A stretch of DNA of 64,000 nucleotides from Bacteroidota bacterium (GCA_013205405.1 JABMMZ010000078.1:2616-66615), one strand, 5' to 3'; shown: positions 21,025-32,090, counted from the stretch's first letter. Made by a program: numbers and translations. Notes: a model not told the origin generated them from the letters alone.

Positions 21025-22371
21025 TTACATTCGATTTATTTCGTGCACCCTATTAGCATCTAACTTTAAGAAGGTAAATAACAACATGCTAAAACTGAAC
21101 AAGGAAGAACCGCCATAGCTCATAAAGGGTAAAGGAATACCTATAACAGGCAATAAACCTAAGGCCATGCCCACATTTACAAAAAAGTGAAAGAATATAA
21201 TAGAAGCGCAACTATAGCCATAAACTCTGCTGAAAACAGTTTTTTGTCTTTCAGCTAAAAAGTATAATCTACCTATAAAAAATAAATAAGTAAGTACAAA
21301 TAATGCACTACCTAAAAAGCCATACTCCTCGCCTACTGTGCAAAATATAAAATCGGTATGTTGTTCGGGCACAAGCTTGGCTTTTGTTTGTGTGCCATTA
21401 TTAAATCCATTGCCTGTCCATCGGCCAGCGCCAATACTTATTTTGCTTTGGCGCACATTGTAGCTGTAATCTCTTTTAGATTTTTTCTCGTCTTTTTTCT
21501 TAGTATCTATTTTAAATAATGAAAATTCTGTAGCCTTATGTTTATAATATTCGCTTACATCTTGATTGAGAGTAACCAAAATACGCTGCTGTTGATGCGG
21601 TTGCAGTAGTTTGCTAAACATAAAATCGACACTAAATATGAACACACTACTCGCTACAAAAATAATGGCACACATATACAATATCTGTTTGTGCGATTTA
21701 AAAAAATAAGCCACAATGCCACATATTATTAGAATAAAACCAACCAAATACAATGAAGGAAACAAAATTGTAAATACAAAAATAGCCGCTAAATACAAGC
21801 CCAATACCAACCACCATCCTGAAAGACCTTCTCTAAATAAAACCAAAAAGAAACAAGCAAATACTAAGGCAGAGCCGGTATCATTTTGTAATAAGGTAAG
21901 TGCCATTGGTAATATGAAAATACCAAAACATATCATGATGTTTTTTTTGCCAATAAACTTAATATCAAAAGTGCCTAAAAACTTAGCTAGAGCGAGTGCT
22001 GTGGCATATTTGGCAAACTCGCTAGGTTGCAGTTTAAATGCGCCTATTTTAAACCAAGCTTGCGCTCCTGCTGTAAAACTGCCAGTAGCTAATAGGGCCA
22101 ACAACAATAATAATATAATGCCATAGATGCCATAAGCTGAAAATTGAAAAAAATTGGCATCCGTAAGTAAAATAAAAAATACAATTATGGCTGCAATACC
22201 TATCCAAATAAACTGCTTGCCATACTCCGTTTTAAAATCAAATAGGCTAGAATGCTCGGGTGTGCTATTGGCAGAATATATATTGAGTGCGCCAAAAGCC
22301 ACTAGCAATATATATATAATTACTGTTATCCAATCAATATGAATTTTTTCCTCTTCCCTTGTGTTATACAT
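21025..22371 (-). CDS. rodA: Rod shape-determining protein RodA (SEDS family)
   Basis: FtsW/RodA-like multi-TM protein at the end of the mreBCD-mrdA operon; C-terminal GIPLPFMSYGGSSL motif. Confidence 0.85.
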   Translation of the reverse strand: MYNTREEEKIHIDWITVIIYILLVAFGALNIYSANSTPEHSSLFDFKTEYGKQFIWIGIAAIIVFFILLTDANFFQFSAYGIYGIILLLLLALLATGSFTAGAQAWFKIGAFKLQPSEFAKYATALALAKFLGTFDIKFIGKKNIMICFGIFILPMALTLLQNDTGSALVFACFFLVLFREGLSGWWLVLGLYLAAIFVFTILFPSLYLVGFILIICGIVAYFFKSHKQILYMCAIIFVASSVFIFSVDFMFSKLLQPHQQQRILVTLNQDVSEYYKHKATEFSLFKIDTKKKDEKKSKRDYSYNVRQSKISIGAGRWTGNGFNNGTQTKAKLVPEQHTDFIFCTVGEEYGFLGSALFVLTYLFFIGRLYFLAERQKTVFSRVYGYSCASIIFFHFFVNVGMALGLLPVIGIPLPFMSYGGSSLFSFSMLLFTFLKLDANRVHEINRM

Positions 22372-22377
22372 ACAATA

Positions 22378-24264
22378 TTATTGTGCTTTAAGAGGAATAA
22401 TTGGTTTTAATAAAGTACTATCTACTTTTAGTAAATTATAAATAGCGGCCCCTACTAAATTTGCTTTTAACATTTTTTCAAGCATATCTGGACGTTTGGT
22501 TGGAACCACTCTGTCTAAGGCTAAATATCTTTCTATTAATAAATTGGCAATTGGGGCTGCATAGGTATTACCAAAACCACCATTTTCAACTACCACAGCT
22601 ATCGCTATTTTAGGAGTATCCTTAGGTGCAAAAGCTATAAAAATAGAGTGGTCTTCGCCATGTGGATTTTGAGCCGTTCCCGTTTTAGCACATATTTCTA
22701 TGCCCTCTATACCCTGCCTACCTGCCGTACCTCCAGGCTTACATACACGTGCCATGCCAACAATTACCGAGTCAAAATAACGAGATTCTACCATGGTTTT
22801 ATGTTTCACCTTAAACTCCTCTGGCAACCATTTATTATCTCCAATAGCTTTAACAACATGGGGTGTAATCCAATATCCTTTATTGGCAATAGTAGCAGAC
22901 AAATTACACATTTGCAAGGGTGTTAGGCCTATTTGCCCTTGACCAATACTCATAGAAATAACGTTGGCTGAACGCCAATTTTTACCAAATTCTTTTTCAA
23001 AATAAGCAGGCTTTTTTAATATTCCTGTAGACTCTTCAGGAATATCTATACCTGTTTTTACGCCTATTCCAAAACTATTTAAGTATTTACTCCACTGTAT
23101 ATAGGCATCCTGAACCGATTCATATTTAGGATTATCTAAAATACTGCGGTAAACATTACAATAATACGCATTGCAACTTTGTGCTATGCTGTTTTCTAAA
23201 TTAAGGGGCGAACCATGCGCATGGCAGCCAACAGTTAAAGAGCCTAAATGAAAACCTCTGCTACAGTAGTATCGAGTTTCGGGATGTAAAACACCTTCTT
23301 GTAAACCTATCAAAGCTTGAATCGTTTTAAAAGTAGACCCTGGAGGGTAACCCGCTTTTATAGCTCTATTAAATAAGGGCTTACGAGGATCCATTAATAA
23401 AGCTCCAAAATTTTTACTTCTGGTTTGGCCTACCAACAAGTTGGGATCATAATTTGGACTGTTCACCATTGCCAATACTTCACCTGTTTGTGGCTCAATG
23501 GCAACAATACTACCAATTTTATTAGCCAATAATTTCTCGCCAAATTCTTGTAAATCTAAATCTAACGATGAAATGATATTTTGACCTGTAGTAGGCACAC
23601 TATCAAATTTACCACCTGCCAAACTACCCTGCTGTTTGCTAAATTTATCTACTAATACTAATTTTCTACCTTTCCAACCTCTCAAGTAGGTTTCGTATCC
23701 TTTTTCTAAACCCGACATTCCTTTTATATCACCTGGTTTATAATATTTTTCGGCTTTTAATTGCTTTTCTGTTAACTCGCCCATATATCCCAATACGTGC
23801 GCAGCACCTTTAATATTATAGCGTCTATCTATTTTAGTTTCTATGAAAAATGGAGGATAATCGTATAAAATTTCTTGTAATTGAGAATAAATATTGATTG
23901 GTAAACTTTTGTAAATAATAGAGGCTACTTTTTTATTATACCTGCCGGCCTTTAGTATTCTTTGATTAAAGTCGAAGGTATCTATTTGCAATACTTTGCA
24001 AAGTCTTACTTTATCAAAGTTTTTTACTTTTTCTGGCACAGCCATTAAATCATAAACGGCATCGTTATACACCAATAATTTACCAAATCTATCTACAATA
24101 GTGCCTCTGTCAGGGTATATTGTAACCTCATTGCTACCATAAGAAAGGGCTTTGAAATAATTGGAAGTATCTACAATTTGAAGAAAGAATAAACGAACAA
24201 TAAATATTAAGCCAATTACACCTAAAGTAATTTGAAAAATATAAAGTTTATGATTCCTTTCCAT
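22378..24264 (-). CDS. mrdA: Penicillin-binding protein 2 (peptidoglycan D,D-transpeptidase)
   Basis: STFK active-site motif (PGSTFKTIQALIG), SCN, KTGTA; 628 aa. Confidence 0.9.
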   Translation of the reverse strand: MERNHKLYIFQITLGVIGLIFIVRLFFLQIVDTSNYFKALSYGSNEVTIYPDRGTIVDRFGKLLVYNDAVYDLMAVPEKVKNFDKVRLCKVLQIDTFDFNQRILKAGRYNKKVASIIYKSLPINIYSQLQEILYDYPPFFIETKIDRRYNIKGAAHVLGYMGELTEKQLKAEKYYKPGDIKGMSGLEKGYETYLRGWKGRKLVLVDKFSKQQGSLAGGKFDSVPTTGQNIISSLDLDLQEFGEKLLANKIGSIVAIEPQTGEVLAMVNSPNYDPNLLVGQTRSKNFGALLMDPRKPLFNRAIKAGYPPGSTFKTIQALIGLQEGVLHPETRYYCSRGFHLGSLTVGCHAHGSPLNLENSIAQSCNAYYCNVYRSILDNPKYESVQDAYIQWSKYLNSFGIGVKTGIDIPEESTGILKKPAYFEKEFGKNWRSANVISMSIGQGQIGLTPLQMCNLSATIANKGYWITPHVVKAIGDNKWLPEEFKVKHKTMVESRYFDSVIVGMARVCKPGGTAGRQGIEGIEICAKTGTAQNPHGEDHSIFIAFAPKDTPKIAIAVVVENGGFGNTYAAPIANLLIERYLALDRVVPTKRPDMLEKMLKANLVGAAIYNLLKVDSTLLKPIIPLKAQ

Positions 24265-24279
24265 TTCTTTAAATAAGTA

Positions 24280-24810
24280 TTAAGATTTAGAAGGTTTGAA
24301 AAGTAAATCTTCTAAAATAAGAATCAAGAAAAAAGTAACGATTGAACTTACTATTATAGCCCAAAAACCTAGGGTAAAAAAGTTCTTTCCTAAGGTGTCA
24401 ATTAATACAAATAAAAATTGATATAAAACTATAAAACCTAAGAAATATGTCCATTTCCATACTTTACTTTTTTTAGAAGTCCATATTTTTTTATCTTCAT
24501 CTCTACCAGAAATTTCATTCTCAACATCTGCTGTAAAATAAAATCTTAAAAAACCAATCAAAGTAAATATAGCTGCATTGATGCCATAGGTATTACAAAG
24601 ACTATCTAATAATAAACCAGCAAAAAAGGCAATAATTATTAACCAAATATGATTAATATTGGCTGGCAATAATAAAACAAACATAATGACTATTTGCGGC
24701 TGGAATAAAAAAGCTAAACTATTGCCAAAATTGATATTATCAAGCACTAAAATTTGTATCACAACAAGCAATAATAACAAACCTAAATGTTTAAAAATAT
24801 CTCCTATCAC
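24280..24810 (-). CDS. mreD: Rod shape-determining protein MreD
   Basis: Small multi-TM protein between mreC and mrdA. Confidence 0.7.
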   Translation of the reverse strand: MIGDIFKHLGLLLLLVVIQILVLDNINFGNSLAFLFQPQIVIMFVLLLPANINHIWLIIIAFFAGLLLDSLCNTYGINAAIFTLIGFLRFYFTADVENEISGRDEDKKIWTSKKSKVWKWTYFLGFIVLYQFLFVLIDTLGKNFFTLGFWAIIVSSIVTFFLILILEDLLFKPSKS

Positions 24811-25656
24811 TTATTTATTAAAATTTAAAATTTGTGGTGTATTTTGAAGTTCTTCGAGCTCTTTTTTAAATAAATTTTTGACAATACAAACATCGCTTAT
24901 ACTTCCAAAATCTACTGCTAATCTTACATTAATTTTATAAAAAGATTCCTTTGTTGATTTTTCAATCGTTTGAACAGTTCCAATAGGAATATTTTCTGGC
25001 AATGAATTTGAATAAGGACTGGTAACCACATGGTAACCTACCTTAATATCTTCATATTTATTTATTTTATTTAGTGTTACAAAATTAGGATCTTTACCAA
25101 GCCATTCAATAAAACCTTTGGTGTTATTCATTTCTTTTATTTTAGGCACTATCTGATTTTTGATATTTAAAACAGATAAAACAATACAATAATTATTAGA
25201 AACTTCCATAACAGTGCCAATAACACCACTAGGACAAAAAACACCCATTCCTTTTGAAATTCCTGAAGATGAGCCTCTATTTAAAGTAATAAAATTATTG
25301 GCATTGTTAATAGAATTGGTAATTACTTTGGCTGATACATATTCATAGCGTTGTTTGTAAACGGTATCATTAATTGTAAATTCTTGTTTTGGTTGAATTA
25401 AAAAATTATCTTTTAGTTGTCTTCTTAATTGAATATTTTCATTGAACAATGCTTCATTCTTTTTAAATAAACTAAAGTAATCAAACATGGCAATATTGGC
25501 TTCATGCATTTTAGCAGAAAACGCTTTGGTATTGTTAAAATAAAAAGCCGATTGATAAATATTATATCTTACAATGGCAGAAATGCAGAAAATTTCGAGG
25601 AAAATAAATAGCAAAACATGGATTTTACTTTTTAAGTACCTAAAAATAGCATTCAT
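24811..25656 (-). CDS. mreC: Rod shape-determining protein MreC
   Basis: N-terminal TM, coiled-coil, beta domain; immediately downstream of mreB. Confidence 0.8.
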   Translation of the reverse strand: MNAIFRYLKSKIHVLLFIFLEIFCISAIVRYNIYQSAFYFNNTKAFSAKMHEANIAMFDYFSLFKKNEALFNENIQLRRQLKDNFLIQPKQEFTINDTVYKQRYEYVSAKVITNSINNANNFITLNRGSSSGISKGMGVFCPSGVIGTVMEVSNNYCIVLSVLNIKNQIVPKIKEMNNTKGFIEWLGKDPNFVTLNKINKYEDIKVGYHVVTSPYSNSLPENIPIGTVQTIEKSTKESFYKINVRLAVDFGSISDVCIVKNLFKKELEELQNTPQILNFNK

Positions 25657-25659
25657 TTA

Positions 25660-26682
25660 TTAATTAGTCATTAAAAATTTAAATTTACCTATATTTTTTA
25701 ATGCAATACCAGTTCCTCTCACGACAGCTCGCAGAGGATCTTCAGCAACGTGCACTGGTAGTTTTGTTTTAGCAGATAAACGCTTATCTAATCCACGCAA
25801 TAAAGCACCACCACCTGTTAGATGTATGCCTGTTTGATAGATATCAGCTGCCAATTCTGGAGGTGTATTTTCTAAAGCTTTAAGAATAGCTTCTTCTAAT
25901 TTTACCAAAGATTTATCTAATGCCAATGCAATTTCTGAATAAGAAACAAATACTTGTTTTGGAATACCGGTCATTAAATCTCTACCATACACCGCATAAT
26001 CTTCGGGCGGATTATCTAATTCAGTAAGTGCTGAGCCAACATTAATTTTAATTTTTTCTGCTGTACGCTCTCCACACAATAAATTGTGTTGACGTTTCAT
26101 GTATTCGCTAATGTCCATATTGAACTCATCACCTGCTGTACGTATGGATTGGTCGCATACGATACCGCCTAAAGCTATAACTGCAATTTCACTTGTTCCG
26201 CCACCAATATCAATTACCATATTTCCCATAGGCTCTGTTACATCTATACCAATACCAACAGCGGCTGCCATAGGTTCATGTATCATATAAATTTCTTTAC
26301 CTCCTGCTCTATCAGCACTATCTTTTACAGCTCTTTTTTCTACTTCAGTAATTCCACTAGGAATACAAATAACCATTCTAATTTGACTATACGATTTTCC
26401 AGATTTATTTATCTTTTTAATCATCCCGCGTATCATGTGTTCAGCAGCATGAAAATCTGCAATAACACCATCTTTTAATGGACGAATGGTTTTAATATTG
26501 TCATTTTCTTTCCCGAACATTTGCATTGCTTCATGTCCAATGGCAATAACTTTGCCTGTACTTCGCTCTATAGCTATTATAGATGGCTCATCAACAACTA
26601 CTTGATCTTTGTGTATTATCAGTGTATTTGCAGTACCTAAATCTATTGCAATTTCTTGTGTAAAAAAATTAAACCAACCCAT
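25660..26682 (-). CDS. mreB: Rod shape-determining protein MreB (actin homologue)
   Basis: IAIDLGTANTLI, DIGGGTSE, actin-fold ATPase motifs. Confidence 0.95.
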   Translation of the reverse strand: MGWFNFFTQEIAIDLGTANTLIIHKDQVVVDEPSIIAIERSTGKVIAIGHEAMQMFGKENDNIKTIRPLKDGVIADFHAAEHMIRGMIKKINKSGKSYSQIRMVICIPSGITEVEKRAVKDSADRAGGKEIYMIHEPMAAAVGIGIDVTEPMGNMVIDIGGGTSEIAVIALGGIVCDQSIRTAGDEFNMDISEYMKRQHNLLCGERTAEKIKINVGSALTELDNPPEDYAVYGRDLMTGIPKQVFVSYSEIALALDKSLVKLEEAILKALENTPPELAADIYQTGIHLTGGGALLRGLDKRLSAKTKLPVHVAEDPLRAVVRGTGIALKNIGKFKFLMTN

Positions 26683-26831
26683 TTTATATGATTAAATTAT
26701 TATATAAGTATTTAAGAACGCAAAATAACAATAAAGTTGATGATTTTTAGTCATTTGTTAAAAATAAATTAAAAATAATAAATCTATTAATTTATTGGTT
26801 AAAAATATTCTATTTTCGCCAAATTAAAAAT

Positions 26832-27449
26832 ATGGAAAAAAGAAAACCAGGACGCCCATCGACTAATGACTTAAGGCGGAACGAAATTCTAGAAAAAGCA
26901 GCCAAATGTTTTGTGCAATTTGGTTATAATAGATCTAAATTAGATGATATAGGCGAATTAATTGGTCTTAATAAAGCAGCCTTATATTATTACTTTAAAA
27001 ATAAAGAGGAAATATTTATAGAAGTTTTTAAGGCTGAAGTTCAAAGACGTTTATTTGAGCTTAGGCAAAAAAATGGAACAATTTTAGACGATAAAGCTAA
27101 AATATTACACTATTTTTATAACAGAACAGATGTTTTTATAAGTTTAATGGATATGCTTTCATTATCTAAAGACAATGTTATTGCTTTAATCACAACTTTT
27201 AATGAGAATTTTAAACCTTATATAATAAATGAAATGAATTATATTGGTACTATTTTAAATAATTTATACCCAAAATTAGATTCTAAAGTATGCCAAGATT
27301 ATGTTGAAATGCTATTTCAAGTTAATAGCTCCTTAACATTTATGGACGTTATTTCTAAAAATCTTAGAAACAATAGTGAATTATTATTAATTTTAAAAGA
27401 CAAGAAAAATATTATTTTAAACCAACTCTTAATTTCTTTTAAAGAATAA
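26832..27449 (+). CDS. TetR/AcrR family transcriptional regulator
   Basis: N-terminal HTH RRNEILEKAAKCFVQFGYNRSKLDDIGELIGLNKAALYYYF. Confidence 0.85.
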   Translation: MEKRKPGRPSTNDLRRNEILEKAAKCFVQFGYNRSKLDDIGELIGLNKAALYYYFKNKEEIFIEVFKAEVQRRLFELRQKNGTILDDKAKILHYFYNRTDVFISLMDMLSLSKDNVIALITTFNENFKPYIINEMNYIGTILNNLYPKLDSKVCQDYVEMLFQVNSSLTFMDVISKNLRNNSELLLILKDKKNIILNQLLISFKE

Positions 27450-27659
27450 ATGATTTAATTTAAAACTTAAGTATTGTGCATCCATTTTATGCAATAAATG
27501 TGGCTGATTATTTAAGATTACAAACTGCTTATTTTTTATCTTTGTTGCTAAAATCATACTCTCATCTATTCTAATTATTTTATCATTACTTCTAATTAGA
27601 ATACTAATTTTACAATTTATTTTAGCTAAATTTATTTCATTTATAGAATATGTGCTAAT

Positions 27660-28095
27660 TTAATCTAAAATATCTTGGGTTATTTTCAAACTATTTTCTA
27701 TCAATATTATATTTTCATTTTGAAGTTTATCTATAATAGCCTCCAAATTTATCGGTGTTAACTTTTTACATTCAATATCAATAATTTCAGAAGAACAATT
27801 TAGCTTTGTGGCTAATAAAATAATCTTACTAATATAATAAGGGTTTTTTTTGAGATAAATACAAGGCGACATAACCACCCAAACTGTAGCCTATTATGGT
27901 ACAATTCGTAAACTTATTCTTTAGAATATAATTCTCTACAAAAGTAGCAAGTCAATGGATAGTATATTCATCTAGTAAATCAATATTACAGTCATGTGAT
28001 GGAAAATCTAAATTATGAATTTCAGCTTTAACGTCAATTAAATCAATAATTGGTTGCCAATGTTTTTTACATCCTAAGGACCATGTAAAAAATGA
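27660..28095 (-). pseudogene. Alpha/beta-hydrolase (esterase/MenH-like) gene relic, disrupted by frameshifts/stops and C-terminally truncated
   Basis: Reverse strand encodes ...FVENYILKNKFTNCTIIGYSLGGYVALYL (GxSxG nucleophile elbow). It is split from the downstream reading frame (KKNPYYISKIILLATKLN...) at an A8 homopolymer (27846-27853). An upstream segment has an in-frame stop (…DEYTIH*). Too short (~145 aa) for a complete hydrolase. Confidence 0.45.
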
Positions 28096-28104
28096 GATTC
28101 ATTG

Positions 28105-29634
28105 TTAGTGCTTAAAGTGTCTAATTCCGGTTAGAACCATTGATTGATTATTCCCATTTGCAGCATCTATACTGTCTTGATCTTTTATGCTACCTCCTGG
28201 TTGGGCTATAGCTTTTATGCCAGCTTTATTGGCAATAGAGACACAATCTGGGAAAGGGAAAAATGCTTCTGATGCCATTACTGCGCCATTCAATTCAAAA
28301 CCAAATGTTTTAGCTTTTTTAATTGCAAATTCTAGAGCATCCACTCTACTGGTTTGCCCACAACCCATACCTAACAATTGTTTATTTTTAACTAAAGTAA
28401 TACCATTTGACTTTAAATGTTTAACGGCCTTAATAGCAAATTCTAAATCAGATATTTCTTGCGCACTAGGTTTAATGTTTGTAACTACTTTAAAGTCTTT
28501 TTCAATTTCTGAGCTCCAATCAGATTCCTGGGCTAACACCCCATTTAAAAGTGTTTTAAAAATTATTTTATTATTAAAAGAAGATTTTACTTTTAAAATA
28601 ATTCTATTTTTCTTTTGCATTAAAACATCTAAAGCATCTTGCTCATAATCTGGTGCTGATATTACCTCAAAGAACAATGAATTCATGGCATTTGCGGTGG
28701 CTAAATCTACTTTTTTATTACAAGCCAATACACCTCCAAAAGCAGAAATAGTATCGCATGCAAAAGCAGCTAAATAGGCTTCTTCTAGATTGTCTCTACT
28801 TGCTAGTCCGCATGCATTGGTATGTTTAATAAGAGCAAAAGTGGGTTCGTTAAATTCAGCTATTAATTGCAAAGATGCTTCTACATCTACTAAATTATTA
28901 TACGAAAGCTCTTTGCCATTTAATATTTCAAACACTTCATCTAAATTGCCATAAAACCATCCTTTTTGATGTGGATTTTCACCATATCTTAAAATTTTAG
29001 AATTCAATTCGCTTTGTTTGAATACTTGTAAATTTTCAGACTTATTAAAATAATTAAAAATAGCAGTGTCATAATGAGACGAGTTCATAAAGGCTTCAGC
29101 CGCAAAAAGTTTTCTATCTTCAATATCTGTAAATCCTTCTTTTGCAATTAATAAGTCAATTAATTTAGTGTATTGTTGTCTGCTAGATACAATTACAGTA
29201 TCATTATAATTTTTGGCAGTAGCTCTAATTAATGAAATACCGCCAATATCTATTTTTTCAATAATTTCAGATTCATTTGATGTGGCTTTCAAGGTTTCCT
29301 CAAATGGATATAAATCTACTATTACCAAATCAATTGTTGGTATATTATGCTCTTTAAGTTGACTTAAATCTGAAAGGTTATCTCTTCGTGCCAAAATACC
29401 GCCAAAAACAGTTGGATGAAGTGTTTTTACGCGTCCGTCTAATATCTCAGGAAAGCCAGTTAAGCTTTCTACTGCAATGGCCTTAATATTTAAATCTTGA
29501 ATAAACTTTAATGTTCCACCAGTTGAATATATTGTAACGCCTTGATTGTTCAATAACTGAACTATTTTTTCTAAATTATCTTTATAGTATACAGATATTA
29601 AAGCCGATTTTATTTTTTTTGAAGTACTTCCCAT
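28105..29634 (-). CDS. purH: Bifunctional AICAR transformylase / IMP cyclohydrolase
   Basis: MGSTSKKIKSALISVYYKDNLE...STGGT (IMP cyclohydrolase N-domain) plus AICARFT domain. Likely start at the internal Met (29634); longest ORF reaches 29658. Confidence 0.9.
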   Translation of the reverse strand: MGSTSKKIKSALISVYYKDNLEKIVQLLNNQGVTIYSTGGTLKFIQDLNIKAIAVESLTGFPEILDGRVKTLHPTVFGGILARRDNLSDLSQLKEHNIPTIDLVIVDLYPFEETLKATSNESEIIEKIDIGGISLIRATAKNYNDTVIVSSRQQYTKLIDLLIAKEGFTDIEDRKLFAAEAFMNSSHYDTAIFNYFNKSENLQVFKQSELNSKILRYGENPHQKGWFYGNLDEVFEILNGKELSYNNLVDVEASLQLIAEFNEPTFALIKHTNACGLASRDNLEEAYLAAFACDTISAFGGVLACNKKVDLATANAMNSLFFEVISAPDYEQDALDVLMQKKNRIILKVKSSFNNKIIFKTLLNGVLAQESDWSSEIEKDFKVVTNIKPSAQEISDLEFAIKAVKHLKSNGITLVKNKQLLGMGCGQTSRVDALEFAIKKAKTFGFELNGAVMASEAFFPFPDCVSIANKAGIKAIAQPGGSIKDQDSIDAANGNNQSMVLTGIRHFKH

Positions 29635-29686
29635 TTGTTTTGCAAAATAACAAAACATCTGTTATATTTTTTGTACTTATTGTTAA

Positions 29687-29720
29687 CAAAAAAAGGCAGC
29701 CGAATTGGCTGCCTTTTTTT
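29687..29720. terminator. Rho-independent terminator downstream of the 29739..31946 gene
   Basis: A7-aggcagcc-gaatt-ggctgcct-T7. Confidence 0.8.
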
Positions 29721-29738
29721 GTTAAATTTTAATTTGAA

Positions 29739-31946
29739 TTATCTAGCTACATTTAATAATGTAGAAGTAGCTGAATTATCGGTAGTAATAGTAACAGTAT
29801 AAATACCTGAAGCAAAGTTAGATGTGTTGATGAAGAAAATATTTGCTCCAGCTTCCATTTCACCATTTTGCTCAGTAGATACTACCTGCCCTAATTGGTT
29901 AGTAACAATAACTTTTACGTTAGATTTTTGAGTTAAATTTATACTAACGTTTGCAAATTGATTAGCTGGATTAGGATAAACTTTATTCACTAAAATATTA
30001 TTAGCAGCTGCATTAATATCTGCTGCAAAATTCCATAATAATTTAGAACCAGCATTCAATACAGGTCTTTTTGTTACGTCAGCATCAAATTCAGAAACAT
30101 ATCCGATTAAATGAAGATTTCCTGGTATATTCCATCCTGGACCAGCGTTAGTATTGCAATATTCTGTGTTATTAGTTGTAGTGTAAGTTACTCTATTAGA
30201 TGCAGGTAAAGTGTAACTAGCATCATAAGTATAATCTACATTAGGCACAGCTACATCAGGAATTATAGAAGCTACACCCCAAGCACCACCTGGCATTGAA
30301 CGTGTAACGTGATTGTGAATGTATCCTTCCATAGTTGCTTTTTCATTGTACAATGGATGCGATGCGCCACCAGCGGCAGGACCACTTTTGCTAAAGTAAT
30401 TAGCTTGACTCCATTGGTTTGTATTTGGTCCTCTTACGTCACTTTCTGAAACAATAGCACCAATTCTTAAATCGCCAGCCCAATAATCAGAGAAACGTGC
30501 ATTAATTCTGTAAGAAAGCAGACGTGTAGTAGGATTAAAATTTTTAACAGTAATAGTTACTTCTACTGGCGCATTAATAGCCATTCTATTGCTAATTTCA
30601 GACGCCCAAGTGCCTCTATCAGCTGGAAAAACTACTCTATCAACAAAACCATCTGGATAACCACCAGCATAGGCTGTATTTATTAAATTACTTTCTGTAG
30701 TTGCCATTGCATCATTATTATGATGCACTAAAGGAATAAGTCTATCGCCCCATTCATCTATGGCATCTTTTAATCTCAAATGGCCATCTGGGCAGTAACC
30801 ACACCATGCACCCGTAGCTTCTTCGAATAATACATTTCTTTGAACAGTAGATGTACCGTTATTTCTTAATACATTCACATTTGTTTTAGAGTTATTATTC
30901 ATATCTTCATCAACACCGTTAGTATTTGGATTAGTAATCCAAACTTTTACATCAGATACAGAACCAGCAGCACCAGATGTCCAAGGAATAGTGCTAGAAA
31001 TAGTAGCTGAGCTTTCGCCACTACCTAATAAATTTAATCCTGTAACCGCATTAGATTGAGTAGGTCCGGTACCTATTGTATAATTAAATGTCAACGCGGT
31101 AATTGGTGTAGAACCGTTATTGGTAACCAATGCACTTAATGTAACACCAGTTGCTACTTTATAAAATTTAGCAGTATTAACAGACAATATTGCTGGCTCT
31201 AAAACAGGTTGGGTGCCGTAAATAAATTGGTAAGTTATATAATTTGATGTCAAATAATCAGCAGCTACTTTAAAGTTTGCAACTGCATTACCAGCCATTT
31301 TGCCTAAAGTCCCATCACTATTTTCGCATCCAATAATACCTGCTGAAGCAGAACTTCCATATCCGCCATAGGTAATATCAAATCTTCCTGCTGTACCTTC
31401 ATACAAAGAAATTGCGAATGCATATACGTTTGTATTAGCAGCTATCGCTTCTCCTTTTCTTGAAATACCGAACCATTGTATATGGTGAATTCTATTAGGT
31501 GTAGCACCTGTAGTGTAAGAAAATACTTTTACAGGAAATGCAGTATTAGGAGCTGATTTTAATTCAAAATCGTGCCAAAATGCATAAATCGCATTATTAG
31601 GATCGCCTGCAGTAGGCAATGCTGTTAAACTAGGCGCAGCAGATGCTGTAGCTGTTGTGTTAAAAGTTAAATAGCCATTATCGCTAGCCTTATATTTAGT
31701 AGTAGCAATGCCATAATAGTTAAAAGAGAAAGGAATTGTTTGTTCTGCTGACATTAAATCATTACTAGCCACAGCCAATAAAGAAGTAGTACCAGAAGTG
31801 GCCGAAACCTGAGCAATGTCATAACCAGTAGGTGCTGCACCCACTTTTTTTACACAATAGTAATTTTGTGCACTTAGGCTTGTAAATAAGCCTGTAAACA
31901 TGATTAAAAGTAATTTATTTTTCATATAATGTATAATATTTTTCAA
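29739..31946 (-). CDS. Secreted protein with WCGYC (thioredoxin-like CxxC) motif domain and T9SS type A C-terminal sorting domain
   Basis: Signal peptide. Central EEATGAWCGYCPDGHLRLKDAI plus HNHVTRSMPGGAWG, paralogous to the next gene. C-terminal KVYPNPANQFANVSINL...GIYTVTITTDNSATSTLLNVAR (TIGR04183-like). Confidence 0.75.
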   Translation of the reverse strand: MKNIIHYMKNKLLLIMFTGLFTSLSAQNYYCVKKVGAAPTGYDIAQVSATSGTTSLLAVASNDLMSAEQTIPFSFNYYGIATTKYKASDNGYLTFNTTATASAAPSLTALPTAGDPNNAIYAFWHDFELKSAPNTAFPVKVFSYTTGATPNRIHHIQWFGISRKGEAIAANTNVYAFAISLYEGTAGRFDITYGGYGSSASAGIIGCENSDGTLGKMAGNAVANFKVAADYLTSNYITYQFIYGTQPVLEPAILSVNTAKFYKVATGVTLSALVTNNGSTPITALTFNYTIGTGPTQSNAVTGLNLLGSGESSATISSTIPWTSGAAGSVSDVKVWITNPNTNGVDEDMNNNSKTNVNVLRNNGTSTVQRNVLFEEATGAWCGYCPDGHLRLKDAIDEWGDRLIPLVHHNNDAMATTESNLINTAYAGGYPDGFVDRVVFPADRGTWASEISNRMAINAPVEVTITVKNFNPTTRLLSYRINARFSDYWAGDLRIGAIVSESDVRGPNTNQWSQANYFSKSGPAAGGASHPLYNEKATMEGYIHNHVTRSMPGGAWGVASIIPDVAVPNVDYTYDASYTLPASNRVTYTTTNNTEYCNTNAGPGWNIPGNLHLIGYVSEFDADVTKRPVLNAGSKLLWNFAADINAAANNILVNKVYPNPANQFANVSINLTQKSNVKVIVTNQLGQVVSTEQNGEMEAGANIFFINTSNFASGIYTVTITTDNSATSTLLNVAR

Positions 31947-32090
31947 TATTAAGTAAAAAATAATTAATATTAAAATTGTTTTTCGTTTTTAATTAACTTT
32001 AAATTAACAACGAGGCTTAAAACCTGATTTTTATAATACTTGTATTTTTAATAACAATTCTTGCTTGAATTAGATGAAAAATAAAGGCTC

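Noticed and set aside
20976-21051. Inverted repeat agggtgca ... tgcaccct near the rodA 3' end, considered as a terminator.
   Set aside because: Arms are ~60 nt apart with no T-run, and the distal arm lies inside the rodA coding sequence. Probably coincidental.
21716-22126. Antisense ORFs inside well-supported genes (for example 21716..22126 and 22154..22342 in rodA, 28187..28648 in purH, 56700..57104, 57714..58145, 20477..20920, 9688..9894).
   Set aside because: Fully embedded opposite real CDSs with strong motif support. Low-complexity translations typical of shadow ORFs in AT-rich DNA.
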